The position numbers and the translations under genes were made by a program. Below, piece after piece: positions 1 through 8,106 of a stretch of DNA of 29,340 bases. The stretch's first letter is position 1. Each line of letters opens with the position of its first letter. Below the pieces are notes generated by a model. That model was not told where the DNA came from and ran no database searches. It was given only the letters and a program-made list of their open reading frames with translations. Where the stretch lies: positions 1 to 29,340 of the IMG/VR virus record IMGVR_UViG_3300017785_002243; one strand, 5' to 3'. Source of the DNA: a virus. Its lineage: Duplodnaviria; Caudoviricetes.

Positions 1-776
1 CCAAGACAAAGGCGGGGAACTATCACAAAAACCTCTTCGCTGGCACCGACAAGCTGGAGAAAGTGCAATCCATCTCGGGGAAAATCAGGAACTGGCATCT
101 GCGTCAGACCCTGCCGTGGTCGGATACCGGCACGCGGTTGTTGCCGATGGGCAACTTCTTCGATTACAAACAAGAACTTAACAAGATGGAGCAGGAGTTC
201 GATGCTGCGGTGCAAGATTTCATCACGGCATACCCAACCCTGATCTCCGCTGCGGCCTTCCAGATCGGTGCGCTGTTCAACAGGGACGACTACCCCACCG
301 AGGACAAGATCAGGCACAAGTTCAACATTCGGACTGTCTTCCACCCTGTGCCGCTGGCTGATGACTTTCGCGTCGAGGCCGAATCTGCGCTCAAGACGGA
401 GTTGCAGGATCAGTACGAAAAGATGTATCGTGAGCGCGAAGAGTCTACTGCCAAAGAACTTTGGGGGCGTCTGCACGAGTACCTGACGACTTTGGTGGAC
501 AGGCTGGAGAAGAAGCAGCAAGCGACGATCGCATCTGCGAATGGCGAAAAGACCAAGGCAGGGCAGTTCCACGAATCGCATCTGGAGAACGGTTCGGAGC
601 TGTGCAGTTTGTTGGGTCGCTTGAACATCATGAATGACCCGCAGCTGGAAGCAGCACGGAAGTATCTCGAGTCCGCGTTGTCGGGTGTCACGGTCAAAGA
701 CATTCGCACCAGCGAAGGCACGCGCAACGAAGTCAAAGCGCGTGTGAAAGACATACTGGACAGGTTTGATTTCTGA
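1..776 (+). CDS. DUF3150-like conserved phage protein (5'-truncated by window)
   Basis: Frame is open from position 3 (KTKAGNYHKNLFAGTDKLEKVQS...), so the true start is upstream of the window. The TLPWSDxGxRLLP, FxxAYPxL and LFNRDDYP motifs resemble the DUF3150-like phage family. Confidence 0.6.
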   Translation, partial: KTKAGNYHKNLFAGTDKLEKVQSISGKIRNWHLRQTLPWSDTGTRLLPMGNFFDYKQELNKMEQEFDAAVQDFITAYPTLISAAAFQIGALFNRDDYPTEDKIRHKFNIRTVFHPVPLADDFRVEAESALKTELQDQYEKMYREREESTAKELWGRLHEYLTTLVDRLEKKQQATIASANGEKTKAGQFHESHLENGSELCSLLGRLNIMNDPQLEAARKYLESALSGVTVKDIRTSEGTRNEVKARVKDILDRFDF

Positions 777-783
777 GGACTAC

Positions 784-984
784 ATGGCAACAAAACTCGA
801 CGGCGGTAAAGAGATAGTGCGGGAGCTTTCCATCACGGTGCAGGACGCTGGCGCTCGTGAGCTCGTTGTGACGGTGCGCGGGGATGGTGTGATGTACCTG
901 CGTGCCAAGGGCTTGAAGCGGCAGGTGATGTGGAAGCTCAACGCACTTTACGAAAAAGGTATTAAAGAGGGAAGGAGTATCTGA
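784..984 (+). CDS. hypothetical protein (66 aa)
   Basis: ATG at 784 after GAGGA RBS; its stop overlaps the next ATG (TGATG). Confidence 0.7.
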   Translation: MATKLDGGKEIVRELSITVQDAGARELVVTVRGDGVMYLRAKGLKRQVMWKLNALYEKGIKEGRSI

Positions 985-1268
985 TGGCCATGACGCCCGA
1001 GGGGAAGGTGAAGAAGCAGGTTGTTGCGATTCTCAAGCGGCACAACGTATATCACTTCTTCCCTGCAGCAAACGGTTACGGTCGCACCGGTATCCCGGAC
1101 ATCATCTGTTGTTGGCGCGGGGCGTTCGTGGCTATCGAGTGTAAGGCCGGAAGAGGCCGCACGACTGCGTTGCAAGACCGAGAGATCGCACAGATTCTTG
1201 GTGCGGGTGGCCACGCGTTTGTGGTGAATGAAGACGCGCTCGACGCGCTTGCCAGCTTTTTTGAATAA
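984..1268 (+). CDS. VRR-NUC domain nuclease / Holliday junction resolvase-like
   Basis: TPEGKVK...GIPDII...FVAIECKAG...TALQ...GG.AFVV is the PD-(D/E)XK VRR-NUC signature; AAGGAG RBS. Confidence 0.85.
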   Translation: MAMTPEGKVKKQVVAILKRHNVYHFFPAANGYGRTGIPDIICCWRGAFVAIECKAGRGRTTALQDREIAQILGAGGHAFVVNEDALDALASFFE

Positions 1269-1270
1269 AC

Positions 1271-1376
1271 ATGCCCCAGCTCCAACCGTTGGCGCGGCTG
1301 CGGTAGTTAGCCTGAATGACACACCTTGGGGCGGCTCATATGTAGGTAATTCAGGCACCGCGCACTTCTTTAACTT
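1271..1376 (+). ncRNA. candidate structured RNA / attenuator (long stem plus possible pseudoknot, U-rich tail)
   Basis: Pairings: GCCTGAAT 1310-1317/ATTCAGGC 1349-1356; GCGGT 1300-1304/ACCGC 1357-1361 (or GCGCGG 1292-1297/CCGCGC 1358-1363); GCCCCA 1273-1278/TGGGGC 1327-1332. Followed by CTTCTTTAACTTT. Confidence 0.4.
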
Positions 1377-1389
1377 TAGTGGAGGCTAT

Positions 1390-1572
1390 ATGGCAGCACA
1401 CAAGATTCCAGATTATGTGCAAAAGATTTACGCATACTTCGGCATACCGGTGCGGGACTGGCCGGATCACTTTACACAAGACCGGAGTGTGCGCAATGGG
1501 GTGCGGGCTGAGGTGGCGCAGGTGTACAAGCTTCTGCACAAGGAGCTTAAAGACGCGAGGAGAATCAAATGA
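1390..1572 (+). CDS. hypothetical protein (60 aa, MAAHKIPDYVQK...)
   Basis: GGAGG RBS at 1381-1385 and ATG at 1390; overlaps the next gene (ATGA). Confidence 0.7.
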   Translation: MAAHKIPDYVQKIYAYFGIPVRDWPDHFTQDRSVRNGVRAEVAQVYKLLHKELKDARRIK

Positions 1573-1799
1573 AACCTTATGTCCTTGATGGAGCAGTGCT
1601 GGTGAAGCGCATGGCTGTCGTGCTGGTGGCGGGGCTGTTCGTTGGTGCTGCCGCTGCAGCGGTGGGATACAAAATCAAGGAAGTCGAACCGGCGATGCAG
1701 AAGGTTGCGCTGTCGGTATGCCCACTGCCACAGACGGAAGGTGAGATGACGGTGTACGTTGTTGAGAACGGTAAGATCAAATGCTGGAGGTGGAAATGA
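1569..1799 (+). CDS. hypothetical membrane protein
   Basis: Hydrophobic N-terminal segment (MAVVLVAGLFVGAAAAAVG) and two Cys; ATGA overlaps on both sides. Confidence 0.65.
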   Translation: MKPYVLDGAVLVKRMAVVLVAGLFVGAAAAAVGYKIKEVEPAMQKVALSVCPLPQTEGEMTVYVVENGKIKCWRWK

Positions 1800-1978
1800 A
1801 GCTGCGACTTCTTGATGTTGTGCGAACCAAGCGGGGCACCATCGCTGTGGTGACAGAGCTTAACGAGGACGGAGAGGCGGCGGTAGCGTTTGCCCACGAC
1901 AGTATGCAGAAGTATGCGTGGTACAAGCCTTCCGAGTTGCGGGTAATCAATAACGTCAAAGATACCTTTGGGGGATGA
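1796..1978 (+). CDS. hypothetical protein (SH3/KOW-like small beta protein)
   Basis: ATGA overlap at 1796-1799 after GGAGG; pattern DVVRTKRGTIAVV...WYKPSELRVI. Confidence 0.6.
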   Translation: MKLRLLDVVRTKRGTIAVVTELNEDGEAAVAFAHDSMQKYAWYKPSELRVINNVKDTFGG

Positions 1979-1979
1979 A

Positions 1980-2267
1980 ATGAGACACAAACACGCAGAC
2001 CTGATCCACGCATGGGCGGATGGTGCGGAAATTGAGATTTATGATTGCGGGAAATGGGTGGTGGTTCAGCACCCGACGTTTTCAGGTTCACTTGAATACC
2101 GCATCAAGCCCACGCCGAAGCCGGATGTGGTGCATCTGTATTACGTCGATGACGGAGAGCTAATTAAGTGCAAGAAAACAATTGGTCCTTGCGAAGACCC
2201 GCATGATCTACGAGTAACTTTCGACGGTGAAACCAAAAAACTTAAATCTGCGGAGGTGATTAAATGA
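1980..2267 (+). CDS. conserved hypothetical phage protein
   Basis: HKHADLIHAWADGAEIE...W...P.F....EYRIKP, a motif common in proteobacterial phage early genes; ATG at 1980. Confidence 0.7.
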   Translation: MRHKHADLIHAWADGAEIEIYDCGKWVVVQHPTFSGSLEYRIKPTPKPDVVHLYYVDDGELIKCKKTIGPCEDPHDLRVTFDGETKKLKSAEVIK

Positions 2268-2758
2268 TTTCGATTGACGAGCAGATAGCGTATAAAAAAC
2301 ACGTTATCAAGTTGTTGCAAAGTATCGAATCACCGAGAGATGTTGCTAACGAAGAAGCCATCCTCGCCAGCCTTGAACGCCTGAAAGCCATTGATGCGGT
2401 GCAGGTGCCGGATGAACCGGAGTCTGTTCGGTATTTGCGTGAATGTGTTGTCGCTAGAACTCGCGGCGAATCAGCACTTCAATACATCGACACCCTGCGC
2501 GACCTGCTGAAAAGGGAGAGTGCAAGGGCTGACCGGCTAAGTCAAATGCGGCTGGACGATGAAGAACTGACCAGAAAATATCACGCCGAGAAACGGGCAG
2601 CAGAACGCCAGCTCGCCGCGATTCTGAAACTTGGCGCGGAGCCTAGCGAGGAAATGATTGCTGTTGGCGGGGAAGATTTGCCGTGTCCGTCAGATGCGAT
2701 TCACGTTTTCCGCGCCATGTTCGCCAAACTGGTAGAAGAATCGGGGGTGAAGAAATGA
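2264..2758 (+). CDS. hypothetical coiled-coil protein (C-terminal EPSEEM motif)
   Basis: 164-aa ORF with GGAGG RBS and ATGA coupling. Confidence 0.7.
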   Translation: MISIDEQIAYKKHVIKLLQSIESPRDVANEEAILASLERLKAIDAVQVPDEPESVRYLRECVVARTRGESALQYIDTLRDLLKRESARADRLSQMRLDDEELTRKYHAEKRAAERQLAAILKLGAEPSEEMIAVGGEDLPCPSDAIHVFRAMFAKLVEESGVKK

Positions 2759-3012
2759 GCGATACACCGAGGATGTCGAAAGCCTCCAGCTTGCCGATTG
2801 GCGGAGAACGAAATGAAGCAATTTTGTTTGAGGGTTGTCAGCTTGAGCGAGAGAACGAGGCGCTGCGGAAGTTGCTGGTAGAAGCGAAGAAGCATATACA
2901 TCACTCAGATGGGTGTGACTACATACACGACTCCAGCGCAAGATGCGATTGCAATTATTTGCAGCTACTCTCCAGAATCGACGCAGCCATCAAGGAGCAA
3001 TCACATGACTGA
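2755..3012 (+). CDS. hypothetical protein (MSDTPR... family, His/Cys cluster)
   Basis: ATGA overlap at 2755-2758; MSDTPR...QLERE N-terminus; HHSDGC..CDC cluster. Confidence 0.65.
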   Translation: MSDTPRMSKASSLPIGGERNEAILFEGCQLERENEALRKLLVEAKKHIHHSDGCDYIHDSSARCDCNYLQLLSRIDAAIKEQSHD

Positions 3013-3304
3013 TATTAAGCCGGTGGCGTTACTGCCGTGTTGTGGGTATGACAATACATCAGCGGTTTACTGGAATCCGTATAACAAGGTTTGCCAGTGC
3101 CACAACTGCGGGCATGTCTACACGCCAATTCTCCCCGAATCCGCCCTCACTCAAGCGCGAGAAGAAGGTCGGCGGGAGGGGATGCGGGAGGCGGCTGAGA
3201 AATACAAGGCGCTGGTGGAGGCGGCGGAGCAGGAACACGGCGGAAGTCATCATGAGCCGGAATGTCCGATCTGCATCGTCCTCGCCGCGCTGAATAAGGA
3301 GTAA
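3005..3304 (+). CDS. hypothetical Zn-binding protein
   Basis: ATG at 3005 after AAGGAG; motifs CCG...CQCHNCG and H..HH.PECPIC. Confidence 0.65.
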   Translation: MTDIKPVALLPCCGYDNTSAVYWNPYNKVCQCHNCGHVYTPILPESALTQAREEGRREGMREAAEKYKALVEAAEQEHGGSHHEPECPICIVLAALNKE

Positions 3305-3306
3305 TC

Positions 3307-3447
3307 ATGCACATCGGAACGATTACTGTTGAATGGTTCGACTTCATGCTCGGAACATTCTTTTTCTGTGTGTGGTGCGCCTATGACGGTTCGCTTGTCG
3401 AGGATGTCGCTGCGTGGTTTAAACGGAAGCTGAAGGATCAATCATGA
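3307..3447 (+). CDS. small hydrophobic protein (46 aa; not in ORF track)
   Basis: AAGGAG RBS; translation MHIGTITVEWFDFMLGTFFFCVWCAYDGSLVEDVAAWFKRKLKDQS*; its stop overlaps the next ATG. Confidence 0.6.
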   Translation: MHIGTITVEWFDFMLGTFFFCVWCAYDGSLVEDVAAWFKRKLKDQS

Positions 3448-3680
3448 CCAGACTTGATTTTTTACTGAAGACCTTCGCCACCAACACCGAGCAGATGAAG
3501 GTTACGCTGGACACTCAGCAGACGATAGTGGACACGCTGGAATACATACGGGAAAAGAAGGAGTGGGTGGGTCTGACGGATGAAGAGATTGAGAAGTTGC
3601 TGGATGGAATGTCCCTTGGCTGTTGTGCTAGAGATGTGCGAATTGTTCAAGAAAAACTGAAGGAGAAAAACAATGGTTGA
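3444..3680 (+). CDS. hypothetical phage protein (WVGLTDEE motif)
   Basis: EWVGLTDEEI...LKEKN, a C-terminal module common in betaproteobacterial phages. Confidence 0.7.
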   Translation: MTRLDFLLKTFATNTEQMKVTLDTQQTIVDTLEYIREKKEWVGLTDEEIEKLLDGMSLGCCARDVRIVQEKLKEKNNG

Positions 3681-3771
3681 AATGAGATGGGTAGTTAGAC
3701 AAGTTAAAGGACTTCCACCGGAGTTTAATTCCCTTAGTCCTAACGCTAAATACAAGGGTTTGAGGGGGTAA
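3673..3771 (+). CDS. small hypothetical protein (32 aa; not in ORF track)
   Basis: AAGGAG RBS and ATG at 3673; MVEMRWVVRQVKGLPPEFNSLSPNAKYKGLRG*; fills the gap between its neighbours. Confidence 0.45.
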   Translation: MVEMRWVVRQVKGLPPEFNSLSPNAKYKGLRG

Positions 3772-3773
3772 GT

Positions 3774-3980
3774 ATGTTTTATCGTTTTAAGCTATGCACT
3801 AACAGTGTGTGGGTATCAGGCTGGGCGCGGGCGGAAGATGGGGTTGTGCAGGACGCAAGTAAACCGTTCGCTTTCAGTATTGGTAAACACATCGAGGTGT
3901 TGCTGGATTGGTTGGAGCGAAAAGGGTACCGCGTCGCTGTGTCCGAAAACCCCGGCGCTACAGAAACGAACATAGTCTAA
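3774..3980 (+). CDS. hypothetical protein
   Basis: 68-aa ORF with GAGG RBS, in tandem with its neighbours. Confidence 0.6.
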   Translation: MFYRFKLCTNSVWVSGWARAEDGVVQDASKPFAFSIGKHIEVLLDWLERKGYRVAVSENPGATETNIV

Positions 3981-3992
3981 GGAGAAGCGGAA

Positions 3993-4202
3993 ATGAACGA
4001 TGACGAATTTGATAAGGCACATGCCGTTATGGAGCAGTTTTCTCAGCTCATTGTTGTAACGGGTGTCACGCTGCTGAAAGACCTAGCCCCCGCACAGCAA
4101 GAATATGTGATCATGAAGATGGGGGACGAGTTTCGGTTCTGGAACGTCGAAGAAGTCTTGCGGCAAAGACAGCTTGTAAAGGAGCAGTTGAAATGTTCAT
4201 GA
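3993..4202 (+). CDS. hypothetical protein
   Basis: Strong AAGGAG RBS; 69 aa. Confidence 0.7.
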   Translation: MNDDEFDKAHAVMEQFSQLIVVTGVTLLKDLAPAQQEYVIMKMGDEFRFWNVEEVLRQRQLVKEQLKCS

Positions 4203-4393
4203 AGTCCTACACTGACAAAGAAGTCAGGGAAGTATTACCGCCGATTCAAACGGAGAAGGTGTGTCTGCCGTGCGCGGGCAAGCTGGGCGGCAAGTTGGAT
4301 CGCCGTTTGCCGAAGAAGTGGGCGTTTGCTACGTGCGACATCTGTGGCAAGAAGAACGAAGTGACAACCCCGAAGGAGTTAATATGGCGCTAG
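4193..4393 (+). CDS. small Zn-finger protein
   Basis: CLPC...CDIC; AAGGAG RBS. Confidence 0.65.
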   Translation: MFMKSYTDKEVREVLPPIQTEKVCLPCAGKLGGKLDRRLPKKWAFATCDICGKKNEVTTPKELIWR

Positions 4394-4599
4394 AAGCCCA
4401 AGTGGGCGGCAACCACTATAAAAGCATGGCCATCCAGCCGGTTGAGTACATCTACAAGAACAACATCCCGTATATCGAGGGGTGCGTGATCAAGTACGTC
4501 AGCCGCTGGCGCAACAAGAACGGTGTCGAAGACCTGCAGAAAGCGAAACACTTCATTGATCTGTTGATTGAACTGGAGAGTAAAAATGTCGAACGCTGA
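4384..4599 (+). CDS. DUF3310 / SaV-like (T7 gp1.7-like nucleotide kinase family) protein
   Basis: QVGGNHYK...IQPVEY...EGCVIKYVSRWRNKNGVEDLQKAKHFI is the DUF3310 signature; ATG at 4384 after AAGGAG. Confidence 0.85.
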   Translation: MALEAQVGGNHYKSMAIQPVEYIYKNNIPYIEGCVIKYVSRWRNKNGVEDLQKAKHFIDLLIELESKNVER

Positions 4600-4870
4600 C
4601 CTTGCTGTAATGTTTGGTGGTGTCTTTGTGTTTGTTGTGGTTATTTTGTACATCACGCATAAGTTCATAACGGTTTCAAACAAAGTGAAGGAGGTTTGCA
4701 GTAGTGAGCTACCCTACAAAGTCGATCCGCCGCATACAATCACTACCGTTGACGTGGCCATTCCCAGTAACCCAAAGCGACCCTACACCAAGCGCAGCAA
4801 GTACTGGACGGACAAGCGCAAGAAAGCCGCTGCGGCGAAAGCCCGCAAGACGAAACGTAAATCTAAATGA
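4586..4870 (+). CDS. membrane-anchored protein with basic C-terminal tail
   Basis: N-terminal TM segment (LAVMFGGVFVFVVVILYI) and a K/R-rich tail; GGAG RBS. Confidence 0.65.
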   Translation: MSNADLAVMFGGVFVFVVVILYITHKFITVSNKVKEVCSSELPYKVDPPHTITTVDVAIPSNPKRPYTKRSKYWTDKRKKAAAAKARKTKRKSK

Positions 4871-4888
4871 CATCGAGGAGGCGTTGAT

Positions 4889-5461
4889 ATGAAATGGGAA
4901 GAACGAATACTGGCGTATGAAAAAGCAACGGGTTTTCCACGCAGTATGTTTGTCGCAGCGGACGGCAGGGTTGTCGGTACGTGGATCATGGGGAACGACT
5001 ATCGAGTGAAGTCAACATACTACGGAGGCTACCCTGCAGGGTATTTGCGTAGAATCAAAGCGCTGTTCCCAGACAAGAAAAAGGTTCTGCACTTGTTCTC
5101 CGGCAAAGTAGATACGGCGTTGTTTCCGGGGGACACAGTGGATATCCTAGCCGCAAACAGCCCTACGTATGTAGACGACGCGCAAACCTTGACGAAGGTT
5201 CCGTTGCCCTCTTACGATTTGGTTATGGCTGACCCCCCGTATAGCGTGGAAGACTGCGAACACTACCAGACCACAATGATAAAACGTAACGTGGTGATGC
5301 GTAGTCTCGGGGAGCGCTGTAGCCCGGGGGCACATGTCGTGTGGCTGGATCAGGTGCTCCCCATGTATCGTAAAGACCAGTGGGTTATGGAAGCGGTGAT
5401 CGGTATGGTGAAAAGCACCAACCACCGGTTTCGCGTTATAACTATTTTTAGGAGGCGTTGA
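4889..5461 (+). CDS. orphan amino-methyltransferase (N6-adenine/N4-cytosine DNA MTase-like)
   Basis: Motif I-like VLHLFSG, DI/DA SAM-binding elements and catalytic motif IV DLVMADPPY; GAGGAGG RBS. Confidence 0.75.
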   Translation: MKWEERILAYEKATGFPRSMFVAADGRVVGTWIMGNDYRVKSTYYGGYPAGYLRRIKALFPDKKKVLHLFSGKVDTALFPGDTVDILAANSPTYVDDAQTLTKVPLPSYDLVMADPPYSVEDCEHYQTTMIKRNVVMRSLGERCSPGAHVVWLDQVLPMYRKDQWVMEAVIGMVKSTNHRFRVITIFRRR

Positions 5462-5462
5462 T

Positions 5463-5798
5463 ATGAAGTGGACTGCGTGGAAGCCAACTACCGAAGCGTG
5501 TAGTTTTCGGTGTGATTGCGGACGAGCATTTAGGAGCGAAGTAGAATCCCGCGAGGGTGTATTGTGGAGCCGGTACCAAACACTAACCCGGAAAATCCGC
5601 TTGGAAGCTCACGAAGATTTGCACAACTGCGACTTCTCCTGCGCCCGCGAGTCGTGCATTAAACACCAACGCGATGAACTGTGGCAGTTAGCCCGCCCGA
5701 TATACATCGAGGTGCAGCGCCGCTACGCGAAAAAAGCCCGCATGACTTTTGCTCAAACTATGACGTTAGCGTCGAAACTTTTGGAGGATTTGCCATGA
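5463..5798 (+). CDS. hypothetical Cys-rich protein
   Basis: CSFRCDC and CDFSC....C..H motifs; AGGAGG RBS. Confidence 0.6.
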   Translation: MKWTAWKPTTEACSFRCDCGRAFRSEVESREGVLWSRYQTLTRKIRLEAHEDLHNCDFSCARESCIKHQRDELWQLARPIYIEVQRRYAKKARMTFAQTMTLASKLLEDLP

Positions 5799-5980
5799 AC
5801 GGCAAACTGGACGAAGCCATCGCATATCTACGCAGCCGCAAGAAGTACATCGTTGACCCCGGCTGCAAGTTCATACCAACCAGCGCCGCGCATACCGACA
5901 TCACGAAAACCGTCGAAGCGTATCGGCAGGAGGTGCTGGAGGAGCCGTCCGTGCGGCTGGTGAAAGGCAAGAAGAAATGA
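5795..5980 (+). CDS. hypothetical phage protein
   Basis: ATGA overlap at 5795 after GGAGG; KLDEAIAYLRSRKKY...F.PT.AA.TDI.KT motif. Confidence 0.65.
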   Translation: MNGKLDEAIAYLRSRKKYIVDPGCKFIPTSAAHTDITKTVEAYRQEVLEEPSVRLVKGKKK

Positions 5981-6279
5981 AATGCAGCTGCGGTGGGAAG
6001 ACGCGTGTGTTGGATCGCCGGGGTATTTACCGGCGCAGGGAGTGCCTCGCGTGCGGCATTCGTTTTTCTACGAAGGAGTCTATGGTGAACCGGCAATCGG
6101 TCCGCAAAAAGGCCAAGCCGATCGAAGAAAAGCGCCGCGCATACAAAAAGCATGAGGCACCCACCATGCCACCCAACACACGGGCGCAGGTAACATTGAA
6201 CGTCAGCGCACGTCGAAAACTAGAGGAGCTGCGAGACATGCGAGGCATGAAAGGTGATGGGTACGACTATGAGTATTAA
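5977..6279 (+). CDS. NrdR-N-like Zn-ribbon protein
   Basis: MKCSCGGKTRVLD...RRRECLACGIRFSTKE resembles the NrdR N-terminal Zn ribbon; no ATP-cone follows. Confidence 0.7.
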   Translation: MKCSCGGKTRVLDRRGIYRRRECLACGIRFSTKESMVNRQSVRKKAKPIEEKRRAYKKHEAPTMPPNTRAQVTLNVSARRKLEELRDMRGMKGDGYDYEY

Positions 6280-8086
6280 CCTGCTAACGCTGGACTTCGA
6301 GACGTACTACAGCAAGGAGTTCAGTCTGTCCAAGATCACAACGGAGTCGTACATCCGGGACGATCAGTTCGAGGTAATCGGCGTAGCTGTGAAGGTCAAT
6401 GACGAGGATACACAGTGGTTCAGCGGCAGCTTCGAGGAGACCAAGGCGTGGCTGCAGCAGTTCGACTGGGCTAACTCAATGCTGCTGGCACACAACTGTG
6501 CCTTCGATGCGGCGATCCTGAGTTGGCGGTTCGACATACACCCCAAGATTCTGGCCGATACCATGTCGATGGGTAACGCTGTAGGCGATGGGTCAGGGTC
6601 AGTGTCGCTGAAGGCGCTGTCCGAGCGGTATGAGTTGGGTGAGAAGGGCGACGAGGTCATCAACGCGATCGGCAAGCGGCGAGCGGACTTCACCCCGGAA
6701 GAACTATCACGCTACGGGAACTACTGCATCAACGACGTAAACCTGTGCTACCTGCTGTTTCAGATCATGCTGGCCAAGGGTTTCCCCAAGGCGGAGCTGA
6801 AGTTGATCGACATGACGCTGCGGATGTTCACGGAGCCGGTCTTCGAGCTTGATCTGGAGACGCTGGAGATTCATCTTGAGAGCGTCCTGCACAAGAAAGA
6901 GAAGCTCATGCAGGCGCTGGGTCAGGGTGTAGAGCTAACTGCGATCATGTCGAACCCACAGTTTGCCGAACTGTTGAAGGCCCGGGGTATCGAGCCGCCC
7001 ATGAAGATTAGCCCCACCACGGGTATGAAGACCTACGCGTTCGCCAAGACAGATGAGGCGTTTCGTGCGTTGTTGGAACACGAGGACGTGTATGTGCAGG
7101 CGCTGGTCGCGGCACGGTTGGGCACCAAATCTACCCTCGAAGAGACCCGCACCCAGCGGCTGATCGACATCGCCAAGCGGGGTAAGCTGCCGGTACCCAT
7201 CAAGTACTGCGGTGCCCGGACGAAGCGGTGGTCGGGCGAGGGCGGGGGCATCAACATGCAGAACCTGCCACGGTCTTCACCCATCAAGCAGGCCATCAAG
7301 GCACCGGAGGGGCACTCCATCGTCGGGGTTGACCTGTCCAACATCGAGCTGCGGGTCGGCCTGTGGTTCGGCGGTATGAGGGGTAAGCTTGACCAGCTGC
7401 GCAACGGCCTTGACCTGTATAAAGACTTCGCCTCGTTGGTGTTCGGAGTCCCCTACGCAGACGTGGATAAAGACCAGCGGTTCATCGGCAAAACCTCGCA
7501 GTTGAGTCTGATCTATGGTGTCGGTGCGGACAAGCTACGGCAGGCCATCAAGACCGGCTCCCGCAAGGACATCGGGGAGGATCAGGCCAAGCGGATCGTA
7601 GCCCTGTACCGCAGCCAGTATGCCGGGGTAGTCAGTGCGTGGGACCAAGGTGAGAAGGTGCTGCAGGCCATATGCCGCGACCAATATATGGAGTTCGGGC
7701 CGATCAAAGTCCACGGCAGGGAGGGGTTGCTCCTGCCCAGCGGGTTGTATATGCAGTATCCCTTGTTGCAGCGCACACGTGATGGGTGGTCGTACAAGGT
7801 CCGCAACGGCTGGGAGCATATCTACGGAGCCAAGGTGTTTCAGGGATCGATTCAGGCGCTGGCCCGGTGCGTGATTGGCGATGGGATGCTGCGCACCCAA
7901 AAAACGATACCCGACCTGCCGATCGCGCTGACAATCCATGATGCTGACTACATGGTAGTGCCAGATTTGTTGGCAGAGGTTACAATGGAGCAGATGATTG
8001 CCGACCTTTGCGTGCCCCCGTCGTGGGCACCTGACCTGCCGCTGGCTGCGGAGGGAGCGTTTGGCAAGACCTTGTTCGATTGTTGA
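6269..8086 (+). CDS. polA: DNA polymerase, family A (3'-5' exonuclease + polymerase; no 5'-3' exonuclease)
   Basis: ExoI DFET, ExoII AHNCAFD, ExoIII YCIND; motif A DLSNIELR; motif B RFIGKTSQLSLIYG; motif C TIHDA. Start placed at ATG 6269. Confidence 0.92.
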   Translation: MSINLLTLDFETYYSKEFSLSKITTESYIRDDQFEVIGVAVKVNDEDTQWFSGSFEETKAWLQQFDWANSMLLAHNCAFDAAILSWRFDIHPKILADTMSMGNAVGDGSGSVSLKALSERYELGEKGDEVINAIGKRRADFTPEELSRYGNYCINDVNLCYLLFQIMLAKGFPKAELKLIDMTLRMFTEPVFELDLETLEIHLESVLHKKEKLMQALGQGVELTAIMSNPQFAELLKARGIEPPMKISPTTGMKTYAFAKTDEAFRALLEHEDVYVQALVAARLGTKSTLEETRTQRLIDIAKRGKLPVPIKYCGARTKRWSGEGGGINMQNLPRSSPIKQAIKAPEGHSIVGVDLSNIELRVGLWFGGMRGKLDQLRNGLDLYKDFASLVFGVPYADVDKDQRFIGKTSQLSLIYGVGADKLRQAIKTGSRKDIGEDQAKRIVALYRSQYAGVVSAWDQGEKVLQAICRDQYMEFGPIKVHGREGLLLPSGLYMQYPLLQRTRDGWSYKVRNGWEHIYGAKVFQGSIQALARCVIGDGMLRTQKTIPDLPIALTIHDADYMVVPDLLAEVTMEQMIADLCVPPSWAPDLPLAAEGAFGKTLFDC

Positions 8087-8106
8087 ATATAACCGAGGGG
8101 CCTTCT

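Noticed and set aside
1273-1356. HDV-like ribozyme interpretation of the 1273-1356 pseudoknot (P1 followed by GG, P2 closing)
   Set aside because: There is no room or complementarity for P3/L3, and the J4/2-equivalent strand (GTAA) lacks the catalytic C.
1228-1389. N-terminal extension of the 1228-1572 ORF
   Set aside because: It overlaps VRR-NUC and lacks an RBS; ATG 1390 has GGAGG.
8065-8093. Promoter at TATAAC upstream of the Cas4-like gene
   Set aside because: No acceptable -35 at 16-18 nt and no correctly placed extended -10 TG.
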